Source: Coprothermobacterota bacterium
Lineage (GTDB): Bacteria > Coprothermobacterota > HKB111
NCBI GenBank assembly: GCA_037440465.1
Contig: JBBIUB010000018.1
Location: 1-23,493, forward strand
Direction of reading: 5' to 3'
DNA: 23,493 nt
This document shows, piece by piece, positions 7,605-15,988 of this stretch (position 1 is its first letter; each line of letters opens with the position of its first letter). The notes under the pieces are model-generated. The model saw only the letters and a program-made list of their open reading frames with translations, did not search any database and was not told where the DNA came from. The translations under genes were made by a program, and so were the position numbers.

Positions 7605-9479
7605 ATGGAAAACTTCGGAATTAAAAAGAATAACAGAAAATATTCTCCCCGGCCTCTTGTGCTGGGTATTATTTTTATTATCCTGATTCTGACTACCTTC
7701 AGGGTTAGTTATATTGAACCAAACTTCAGGAAAGAGCAAATATTCAGCGAGAGCGTTCCTCCTTTTACCATACTTTTAACAGGTAAGGGAGGAATGACAT
7801 CCGCTACCAGGGAAGGGCTTGAGGTTTTAGCGAGTCTCCTTATCCATGATGGGTTTGAAGGAAAGGGAATAAATCTGGCTTTGGGGGATGCTGATGGTAG
7901 AAGAGCCTCTGTGGTAATTAAACCAAGTACAGAGGTTCCCCTGTCGTACTTTGAGGTTCAAAGAATAGCCCGAGCCATTATTAGAGAGCACATACCGCGT
8001 CCCAACACTTTTATAGAAGAAGGTTACACCCGTTTGTTAGCTTCTAAAATAATGGGGATGGATCCTCATCGTTTTACCAAGGCTATTTTGGACGCTTCTA
8101 CCATTACTCCTTTAACTGATGCCATATTAGTAGAAGGTGTTCGGGTTTTTACACCACGTGCACGTTTCCAGAGTGAATCTTTTGTGGCTTACCTGCAAGG
8201 AGAAAAGCAAGATATCAAAGAACTTCTTGAATATACCAGTCGTAACCTTATATCTAAGGTAGTTTTACCTTTTGAAGACAATTGGAGAAGTTTCCTGGCT
8301 AAACATTCCTCTCCTATAAGTATTAAGGAATTAAGGAGTTTTTTAATTGACTGGGATAAGTTATTCCGCGATGTGGCAACCTCTATCCGCGTGATTTATC
8401 CAACTACCTTAAAACCAATAAGCCTTCTTTATCGGGAGGCTATTCATTATGTAGAAGTTATGAATAGGTCTGAGTTTGAAAAAACCAATAGTGAACTAAC
8501 TACTCTGCTTGGTAGAATGCCCCAACCGAAAGAAGAACGCACTGTTTGGTCTTTACCAAAATATTGGGATTTCCTAAGGACCTGGCTGGTTGCTATACTT
8601 GTTCTCATCTTTTCTTTCTGGGGAGCCAAACGCTTGAAAAGTGTAGAAAGCAGAGTTTATTTAATGTTGTTGGGAGGTTTTATAGGTCAGGCGTACACCT
8701 TTTTCTTCCTGCATATAGGGGTATCATTTTTTATAGAGTTATCACTTCTCATAGTTGGACTTATCTTTATTCTTTATTTTTTGGTTGATGAAGCAATTTA
8801 TGTTAAACCTCTACCCCCCACACTATTTACTTCACTTTTTCTCCCTCTTATACCCTTTCCACTTCTCTGGATGAGCTTAAAAATTTCAGGATACCCCTAT
8901 TTTGAAGGTTTTCTCTTAGTCTTTGCCCTTATTGCAGTATTATGTTTTCGGCTCCTTGAACCTGAAGATATGGGACTTACCTTAAGAGGTATGAACCTGT
9001 TAATCCCCATAACTCTGCTAATGCTTGCTAATTATTATTTTTTACCTGTTAAATACCAATTTGACTTAGAAAACTTTACTAATTTTGGTATCTATACCAT
9101 CTTTCATCTGGGTTGGGCTACCTGGTGCTTCACCATCTTTTTTCCCCTGTTGAAACGTTATACTGGCAAGAACCTCTTATTCCTACTGGCTCCTGCAGCC
9201 GGTTTTTTAGGAGAGTTGATGTTAAGGACACCCCTTTTGATCACAGAGGCAGTCGTCTTCTGGCTTACCCTCAGCTTCATATTTTGGTTGACAAGAAGCC
9301 TTCCCGTTTTGTGGGGCTTGGTTCTGGCGAGAAGCGTGCTTCTACACATTTTTCTTCCTGAACCCTCACCTTTGATACTGTTACCTTATATGGGCATTAC
9401 TGCCATAACTATTTTAGTGATAGGAGTTACACAAATCTATAGTAAGAGGAGGTCATGTGCAGAATATTCTTCAAGATAG
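7605..9479 (+). CDS. Uncharacterised membrane protein: N-terminal TM, soluble domain, polytopic C-terminal domain
   Basis: 624-aa ORF; one hydrophobic segment near the N-terminus and many in the C-terminal half; overlaps the lgt start. Confidence 0.85.
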   Translation: MENFGIKKNNRKYSPRPLVLGIIFIILILTTFRVSYIEPNFRKEQIFSESVPPFTILLTGKGGMTSATREGLEVLASLLIHDGFEGKGINLALGDADGRRASVVIKPSTEVPLSYFEVQRIARAIIREHIPRPNTFIEEGYTRLLASKIMGMDPHRFTKAILDASTITPLTDAILVEGVRVFTPRARFQSESFVAYLQGEKQDIKELLEYTSRNLISKVVLPFEDNWRSFLAKHSSPISIKELRSFLIDWDKLFRDVATSIRVIYPTTLKPISLLYREAIHYVEVMNRSEFEKTNSELTTLLGRMPQPKEERTVWSLPKYWDFLRTWLVAILVLIFSFWGAKRLKSVESRVYLMLLGGFIGQAYTFFFLHIGVSFFIELSLLIVGLIFILYFLVDEAIYVKPLPPTLFTSLFLPLIPFPLLWMSLKISGYPYFEGFLLVFALIAVLCFRLLEPEDMGLTLRGMNLLIPITLLMLANYYFLPVKYQFDLENFTNFGIYTIFHLGWATWCFTIFFPLLKRYTGKNLLFLLAPAAGFLGELMLRTPLLITEAVVFWLTLSFIFWLTRSLPVLWGLVLARSVLLHIFLPEPSPLILLPYMGITAITILVIGVTQIYSKRRSCAEYSSR

Positions 9480-10350
9480 GTGGCTAAAGAAAGCTTTGCC
9501 ATTTATTATCATCCTGGCCTTTGTTGGCTGGTCTTATCTGGTTTATCAATGGTTTCAGGGTATCAACCTTATTCCATCGGGGATAAATATCGGTCCAATT
9601 CATATCCGTCTCTACAGTGTTTCTATCCTTATAGGAGCAATAGCAGCTTATATTTATGCTCTGTATCGTGCAAGGTCTGGTGGTATATCTTCAACTGTGG
9701 TAGATGACTTTCTTCTTCTGGGTATACCCACAGGCCTTATTGGAACCAGACTGGCTTATGTATTTCAGAACTGGCATTATTTTAAAATTGACCTTATTAG
9801 AATTTTATATATCTGGGAAGGTGGTTTAACCCTTCATGGAGGGCTTATGGGGGGGGTTATCCTTCTTTTAGTCTATACAAGGGTAAGAAAATTATCTCCC
9901 TTAAAGATTGGAGACGCCTTCGCCCCAACACTATTCATAGCTGAAGGAATCGGGAGATGGGGTAATTTCTTTAACCAGGAACTCATAGGCTATCCCACAA
10001 ATTCTTTTATTAAGATGTTTGTAAGTCCTGTTTACAGACCATGGGGATATGAGAATTACAGCTATTTTCATCCAGTATTTCTTTACCAGTCGGTTGTAAA
10101 TATAGCTTTTCTAATTGTTCTCCTTTACTTTGAAAAGAAAAAATTATTTAAAGAAGGAGAGGTTCTTGTAGGATTCTTCTTCCTACACTCGCTGGGTAGA
10201 TTTCTGGTAGAGTTTCTAAGAATTGAACCCAGGATTTTTGCTGGACTTTCTTTAGCTCAGCTGGTTAGTGTAGGGATTATGGTTATAGCTGTTTTAGTGA
10301 TTCTGGTCTTAAGAAAACTTAAAGGGTTTAAGTGTTCGAGTAGTGAATAA
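9457..10350 (+). CDS. lgt: Prolipoprotein diacylglyceryl transferase
   Basis: RLAYV, IWEGGLTLHGG, GRWGNFFNQE, HPVFLY, RFLVEFLR; SD AGGAGG at 9447-9452. Confidence 0.96.
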   Translation: MQNILQDRWLKKALPFIIILAFVGWSYLVYQWFQGINLIPSGINIGPIHIRLYSVSILIGAIAAYIYALYRARSGGISSTVVDDFLLLGIPTGLIGTRLAYVFQNWHYFKIDLIRILYIWEGGLTLHGGLMGGVILLLVYTRVRKLSPLKIGDAFAPTLFIAEGIGRWGNFFNQELIGYPTNSFIKMFVSPVYRPWGYENYSYFHPVFLYQSVVNIAFLIVLLYFEKKKLFKEGEVLVGFFFLHSLGRFLVEFLRIEPRIFAGLSLAQLVSVGIMVIAVLVILVLRKLKGFKCSSSE

Positions 10351-10449
10351 ATACAGGATTCAAGGTGTCCAGGAGTCAATCCCCGAACCCCTGAATCCTC
10401 GAACCCTGGAACCCTGCTTAGTAAATCCTTGAACCCTGTTTATTAACTA
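10324..10449. repeat. Inverted array of degenerate 8-bp units (GGGTTCAA / TTGAACCC)
   Basis: Left units gggtttaa, gtgttcga, ggattcaa, ggtgtcca, ggagtcaa; right units ccgaaccc, ctgaatcc, tcgaaccc, tggaaccc, ttgaaccc. Outer imperfect inverted repeat 10341-10363 vs 10429-10449. Confidence 0.8.
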
Positions 10450-10504
10450 AATGGAAGAAGAATCATGAATGTAATAATGTTAAATTTAAAAATTGGAGGA
10501 TATA

Positions 10505-11014
10505 ATGGAAGATTTTTTAAGGATTAAACCTAACGAGTGGAAGCCAGGCAAATTGGCTTTACTTTTAGCGAGCTCCACTGAAGCAGAGGAGTTGTTATTA
10601 AAAGACCTTGTTGTTGAACATACTCCTTTTTACAGATTAGCAGTTACCAAGATAGGTGGAATGTCTGTTGATATTAAAAAGAAGATTATACCAGCGGTAG
10701 TTGGAGCTGCCTTGAACTGCAAGATTATCAATAAGACTCCTGGTGAGTTGCACTCTCTTATCCATGCGACTCAAGAAGCATTGGAAAGTTTCCTATGTCC
10801 AATTCATCTCGATGCCAGCTTGGCTCTTAAGATAGCCCTTGTAGGTGATGGAGACTGGCTTTGTGTAGCAGTCTATGGGGATAGTGCTATATATCCATTA
10901 ACCAATCATGAGCGAGTAGGTATGGGGACCATGCACCTGGCTAAAAGAAAAAGACGAGAAGACGATACTGTAGAAGAAAATAATAATTTCTTGCAGGTAG
11001 ATACAAACCTGTAA
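10505..11014 (+). CDS. hutP: HutP-family RNA-binding antiterminator
   Basis: GKLALLLA, VVGAAL, ELHSLIHATQEA, WLCVAVYGDSA, NHERVGMGTMHL. Start ATG 10505 behind GGAGGA (10495-10500). Confidence 0.88.
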   Translation: MEDFLRIKPNEWKPGKLALLLASSTEAEELLLKDLVVEHTPFYRLAVTKIGGMSVDIKKKIIPAVVGAALNCKIINKTPGELHSLIHATQEALESFLCPIHLDASLALKIALVGDGDWLCVAVYGDSAIYPLTNHERVGMGTMHLAKRKRREDDTVEENNNFLQVDTNL

Positions 11015-11018
11015 ATAA

Positions 11019-13229
11019 ATGTCTATTTCTGACTCTGTAGTGGTAGCAGTGGATAGCGGGGAGCTTTTCACCCGCTCTATCTACCACTATAAAATCAGGG
11101 AAAAAATCCCACCTGTTGGGGGAAGGGTCCTTGTTCCTCTGGGTTCAAAGGATACTTCTACAGTGGGTATAGTCCTTGGTACTTATCCTCCTGAAGTTGA
11201 GCTTGAACTTAAACCTGTTTTAGAAATTATTGATGAGGCGCCTTTATTATCTCCTTATCTTCTGGAGCTCCTTATCTGGACTTCACACTATTATATGAGC
11301 CCCTTTTTTCAAGGACTTCGCCTCTCCCTTCCACATCCACTATATGGGAAGGGCGTGGAGAAGGTTCAGCTTATTACTTCAAAAGAAGAAGTGCATGTTG
11401 AACTTACAGCTTTAAGAAAGAGAGGTTCTACTCTTAAAGGAGACATTCTGGAGTACGTTCTTCTTCATCCTGAAACTACCCTCGATTTACTGAGGAGAAG
11501 ATTCAAAGGGGGAATCAAAAAAGCCGTCCAGGATCTGGCAACAAAAGGATTACTGAAAATCTCTCCTTTAAGGTATATTTATAGAAAAGATACCATTCAC
11601 AAAGCATCCGTCTATTTTCTGGCTTCAGAAGAAAAACCATCGGTTTTTCGTCCCTTTCCTAATCCACTGTCTTCATTGAAAAAAGGAGAAGTAGATAAAC
11701 TATTAAAGTCAGGGCGTTTATTAAAAAAAGATGTTTCCATTACAAGGAAACGCTATCCTAAAGAAGAAAATTATCACCATATAATAGAAGGCGAACCAAG
11801 TTTACGTCAGGAGTATATTCTGGAGAGGGTAAAAAAGGTTCTTAAAAAAGGGGGTCAGGTTTTAATTATTTCTCCTCGTCTTTACCACAGTTATCACTGG
11901 TTAAGTCTTATTTTCAAGACTACAGGCAGAAAACCACTACTCTGGTCTGAGCACAAAAGCCTGGAGAAACGAACAAAGGAGTGGGAAGGGATAAGGACAG
12001 GCTTAAGGAAAATTGTGGTTGGTGGTCCAAGATCTCTTTATCTACCCTTTAATAAATTAAGCTTGGTAGTTATTGATGAACCGGAGTCAGGGAGTCTGAG
12101 GTTACTGGCCTCTCCTGAAGTTGATGCTATGACAGCAGCGCTTTTCATAAAAGAAAAAGATTTGAGTTCAATTATAATATCTACTTCATTTTTAAATCCT
12201 ACCCTTCTTTATCTTAAAGAAAGTGGTTCATTTAAACGGATAAAGATGGGAGAGAAGGTTAATAACCCCTTCAGATTTGTAGATTTGCCTAAGGAAGATA
12301 CTTTTCCCTCTGAAATTACCATAGAAATAGATAATGTTCTTAATGATAAAGGTATAGTTCTTTACCTTTTGAATCGTCGTGGGTACTATACTGCTTCACT
12401 GTGTAAAAATTGTGGATTTACCTTTAAATGTCCAAACTGTAATTTGAATCTTGTTTATCACCTGAAGACTGGTTTACTACACTGTCATAGCTGTGGCTTT
12501 CTTTCATATCTTCCCCAGAAATGTCCCAGATGTAACAGTAGTGATTTAGCTATGGTGGGTGTTGGGACACAAAGAATATCAGAAGAATTGGAATCGTTGT
12601 TTGGAGTAAAAGTGTTGCGCATTGATAAAGATGTAATAGAAGAAAAAGGCCGGGAAACAATTCTCAGGACGTTAAAAGATGTAAGGCCCTTGATAGTTGT
12701 GGGGACAGATTTGACCTTTTCTTTTATGTACGACTTTAAGCCGTTACTTTGTATTTACGGTAATCCGGATTTAAACCTTAGACTACCCGACTTCAGAGGC
12801 GAAGAGAGGGTTTTAAAAACTGCTTACCTTCTTTTAAGGTGGAGTGGAAATCCTGTTTATATGCTTACCCAGGGAGAACTTCCCATTAATCCAGAACTCT
12901 GGGAAGAGGAAGGGGTAAGAGAAATTCTGGATAAATATGAAAAATATGGTTATCCACCTTATAAAAGACTTGTGGCTGTGTATTATAGTGGAACTGTTTT
13001 GAGCAGTGTTAAGACAGAAAGTTTCAGGATTAAGGAGATGCTGGATATGGAGTTTAAAGATAAGATTAAATCATACGTGCTTAACTATAAAAGTAAAGGA
13101 AGGTTCGTTGGAGTGGTATTATTAAAGGTGGAAAACGAAATGGATTTATATAACAGGCTTTTTGACTTTTTCAAAACAAGAAATAGCTGGATAAAATTAG
13201 TACCTGATCCTCAAGGATTGGTTTTTTAA
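11019..13229 (+). CDS. priA: Primosomal protein N' (PriA), helicase motifs degenerate
   Basis: N-terminal GGRVLVPLG...WTSHYY domain, LNRRGY followed by four CxxC (CKNC, CPNC, CHSC, CPRC), GVGTQR, LPDFRGEER, YPPY; classic priA-def-fmt synteny. Confidence 0.92.
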   Translation: MSISDSVVVAVDSGELFTRSIYHYKIREKIPPVGGRVLVPLGSKDTSTVGIVLGTYPPEVELELKPVLEIIDEAPLLSPYLLELLIWTSHYYMSPFFQGLRLSLPHPLYGKGVEKVQLITSKEEVHVELTALRKRGSTLKGDILEYVLLHPETTLDLLRRRFKGGIKKAVQDLATKGLLKISPLRYIYRKDTIHKASVYFLASEEKPSVFRPFPNPLSSLKKGEVDKLLKSGRLLKKDVSITRKRYPKEENYHHIIEGEPSLRQEYILERVKKVLKKGGQVLIISPRLYHSYHWLSLIFKTTGRKPLLWSEHKSLEKRTKEWEGIRTGLRKIVVGGPRSLYLPFNKLSLVVIDEPESGSLRLLASPEVDAMTAALFIKEKDLSSIIISTSFLNPTLLYLKESGSFKRIKMGEKVNNPFRFVDLPKEDTFPSEITIEIDNVLNDKGIVLYLLNRRGYYTASLCKNCGFTFKCPNCNLNLVYHLKTGLLHCHSCGFLSYLPQKCPRCNSSDLAMVGVGTQRISEELESLFGVKVLRIDKDVIEEKGRETILRTLKDVRPLIVVGTDLTFSFMYDFKPLLCIYGNPDLNLRLPDFRGEERVLKTAYLLLRWSGNPVYMLTQGELPINPELWEEEGVREILDKYEKYGYPPYKRLVAVYYSGTVLSSVKTESFRIKEMLDMEFKDKIKSYVLNYKSKGRFVGVVLLKVENEMDLYNRLFDFFKTRNSWIKLVPDPQGLVF

Positions 13230-13232
13230 TAG

Positions 13233-13727
13233 ATGATAAAAGAAATTCTTACTGCGGAAAACCCTTCCTTAAGAAAGAAAAGTGACTGGGTTAATGAGAT
13301 AACCCCGGGTATCAAGGCTTTAATTGGAAATATGAGAGATACTCTAATAGCCTCACAAATAAAAGGAATTGGGCTGGCTGCTCCCCAGATAGGGGTAAAT
13401 TTAAGGGTCATCATAGTCATTGTTTCCGAAAACAAGAATGATAAAATTCTTACTCTGATTAACCCCGAGATATTGAGTTCATCAGGAGAAGAAGAGGGTG
13501 TAGAAGGATGTCTCTGCTTTCCTCATCTTTATGGTCTTGTTAAAAGGGCAAAGAAGATGAAGGTGAGCGCGCTTGATGAGAAAGGAAGGTCTGTTGTCTC
13601 TGAATTTAAAGGTTTAGCTGCCAGGGTGATACAACATGAAATTGACCACTTAAATGGAATACTTTTTGTAGATCGGGTGACAGACATTGGTAGCCTGAGA
13701 TATGAAGGTCCTGTTCTTAGGAAGTAG
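13233..13727 (+). CDS. def: Peptide deformylase
   Basis: GIGLAAPQIG, EGCL, QHEIDHLNG. Confidence 0.97.
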   Translation: MIKEILTAENPSLRKKSDWVNEITPGIKALIGNMRDTLIASQIKGIGLAAPQIGVNLRVIIVIVSENKNDKILTLINPEILSSSGEEEGVEGCLCFPHLYGLVKRAKKMKVSALDEKGRSVVSEFKGLAARVIQHEIDHLNGILFVDRVTDIGSLRYEGPVLRK

Positions 13728-14652
13728 TGATTTTTCTTTACCTACTTTAAAGCTTTTTACAGAGAAAAGCTTGATATCAGGTGTTGTTACCAGGGCTCCC
13801 AAGAAGAGAGGCAGAGGTCTTCTGGAGGAATCAACTCCAGTTGGTAAAGAAGCTAAGAGGTTGGGTTTAACTCTTTATGAATTAGATTCCCTAAAAGAAC
13901 TAAAAGATGAAGCCTTGGAGGATGTTAATATTCTGGTTTCTGCGGCTTTTGGACTTTTTATTCCGCCTTCTGTTTTTAATCGTCCACCTATGGGTGGAAT
14001 TAACTTACATCCATCGCTTTTACCTCTTTATCGGGGTCCTGTTCCCATAGAAAGAGCTCTTATGGCAGGGGAACTGTTAACAGGAGTTTCCATTCATTAT
14101 CTGGTTAAAGGTATTGATGAAGGAGACATTCTGGCGCAGGAAGAGATAGCTATAGGAGAAGAAGAAAATTACGGAGAATTAAGCCATCGTCTTTCTATTA
14201 TTGGTGCTAATCTTCTTCTTAAAACTGTTGAAGGGTTATTTAGAGGGGAGATAATACCCCGACCACAGGACCATTTGAAGGCAACTTATTATCCCTTCCT
14301 GAAAAGAGAAGAAAGGGTTATTAACTGGGGTAGAGAAGGCAAGAGCATCTTTAACCTTATAAGAGCATTAAGTCCCAAACCAGGTGCCCTTACCTATCAC
14401 GAAGGTGAAGAATGGAAGATTTTTAAAGTCAGGGTTCTGGATGAAACGAACAATGATATGGATATCTCAATACTTGAAGATAAACCCGACGGAAGTTTTA
14501 TAATCAGCAGAGACTCTCTCCTGGTTAAAAGCAAAAAATGTGTTTTAGAGATTCTCCTTCTTCAAAGACCCGGTAGAGAACCACAACCAGCATCATCCTT
14601 TGTTAAAGGTTTCAGATTGAAAAAGGGAAGGCTCTACTCCAGTGTTAAATAA
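13702..14652 (+). CDS. fmt: Methionyl-tRNA formyltransferase
   Basis: MKVLFLGSSDF, GRG, NLHPSLLPLYRG, DEGDI, IRALSPKPGA; follows def. Confidence 0.96.
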   Translation: MKVLFLGSSDFSLPTLKLFTEKSLISGVVTRAPKKRGRGLLEESTPVGKEAKRLGLTLYELDSLKELKDEALEDVNILVSAAFGLFIPPSVFNRPPMGGINLHPSLLPLYRGPVPIERALMAGELLTGVSIHYLVKGIDEGDILAQEEIAIGEEENYGELSHRLSIIGANLLLKTVEGLFRGEIIPRPQDHLKATYYPFLKREERVINWGREGKSIFNLIRALSPKPGALTYHEGEEWKIFKVRVLDETNNDMDISILEDKPDGSFIISRDSLLVKSKKCVLEILLLQRPGREPQPASSFVKGFRLKKGRLYSSVK

Positions 14653-15322
14653 ATTTACACATATTATCTTGCTTCTGTCTCTTTTACTACTTTTAGGATG
14701 CATATCTGAAACTGAACAGGTTCTGGTGCCTAATATTGAGGGGCTTACTTTGAAAGAAGCCCAGCAGAAACTGACACTTATAGAATTATCTATGGAAGTA
14801 AAGGAAAAAGTATATACAGGGGATATAGTGGATAGTAAGGTATTGAGCCAGTACCCCAAAGGACACCTGCTGGCACGAAAGGGCAGCGTGGTATATGTGG
14901 TGGTAGGGGTTGGTCGTCAAAGGATAGAAATTCCAAGCTTGATAGGTTATACATATTTAGAGGCTGTCATAATTCTCAAGTCACAGGGCTTAATCCTTAG
15001 GGAATTACTCTGGAGAGAAGATGAGAAGAAAGCTTATGGAGTAGTAATAGAACAATCCCCTCCTGCTGGAGCTCTGGCATTTTCAGGTGACGGTGTGACT
15101 GTTACCTTGAGTCATGGTAAATGGGTGATAGTTCCTAATCTCATCGGGTTAAAGGTAGGAGAAGCAGAAAAGGTATTAGTAGAATCAGGATTAATATTGG
15201 GTATAGTCACCCCTGAAGAGTATTATAAAGATAAAGAAGTAATAATTACAGAACAATTTCCAACTGTGGGTAATAGAGTACCGGAGAAGTCTATGGTTCA
15301 TTTTAAGGTTAGAAAGGAATAG
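14642..15322 (+). CDS. PASTA-domain (x3) lipoprotein without kinase domain
   Basis: Hydrophobic signal ending LLGC (lipobox); three repeats starting VPNIEG, IPSLIG, VPNLIG with later QxP motifs. Confidence 0.88.
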   Translation: MLNKFTHIILLLSLLLLLGCISETEQVLVPNIEGLTLKEAQQKLTLIELSMEVKEKVYTGDIVDSKVLSQYPKGHLLARKGSVVYVVVGVGRQRIEIPSLIGYTYLEAVIILKSQGLILRELLWREDEKKAYGVVIEQSPPAGALAFSGDGVTVTLSHGKWVIVPNLIGLKVGEAEKVLVESGLILGIVTPEEYYKDKEVIITEQFPTVGNRVPEKSMVHFKVRKE

Positions 15323-15327
15323 GGAAT

Positions 15328-15978
15328 ATGGTAAGAACACATCCGTCTATACTAGCTTCTGATTTAAGTTGTCTTTGTGAAGCTGTGCGTATGGCAGAAG
15401 AGGCAGGAGTTTCAGCCTTACAAGTTGATGTTATGGATGGTCATTTTGTTCCAAACATTACATTTGGTCCCAAGACTGTAAAGGATTTGAGAGCTAGGAC
15501 AGACCTACCTCTGGAAGTTCATCTTATGGTGGAAGACCCTTTAAGGTGGGTAGAACCTTTTTCTGAATCGGGGGCTTCAACACTAATAGCCCATATAGAG
15601 GCAACCTCTCATATGGACAGGTTTATCCAGCTCACACGGAAAAAAGGTCTCAGTTGTGGAGTGGCTATAAACCCTTCTACCCCCCTTGAAGCAGTTAAGG
15701 AACTTTTAAAGTTGGTGGATATTCTTTTACTCATGGGAGTTAATCCTGGATTTCACGGTCAGGAAATGGTTTCATATCTACCTGATAAACTCCAGCGTGC
15801 TAAAAAGTTGTTATCAGAGTACGCGCCCCAGGTTTTAATTGAAATAGATGGAGGAGTGAATGAGACCAATGCCCCATTACTTGTGAAAAATGGCGCAGAT
15901 ATACTGGTTCTCGGAGCTTCATTCTATCTTAATCCTCAAAGAAGGGAGCTGATAAGCTTTCTTAACTCAATATCCTGA
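15328..15978 (+). CDS. rpe: Ribulose-phosphate 3-epimerase
   Basis: PSILASD, DVMDGHFVPNITFG, EVHLMV, NPGFHGQ, IEIDGGVN. Confidence 0.96.
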   Translation: MVRTHPSILASDLSCLCEAVRMAEEAGVSALQVDVMDGHFVPNITFGPKTVKDLRARTDLPLEVHLMVEDPLRWVEPFSESGASTLIAHIEATSHMDRFIQLTRKKGLSCGVAINPSTPLEAVKELLKLVDILLLMGVNPGFHGQEMVSYLPDKLQRAKKLLSEYAPQVLIEIDGGVNETNAPLLVKNGADILVLGASFYLNPQRRELISFLNSIS

Positions 15979-15988
15979 TCTTAAGAGT

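Noticed and set aside
13500..13520. Def motif EGCLC instead of EGCLS
   Set aside because: The metal-binding Cys and HEXXH are intact; a conservative variant.
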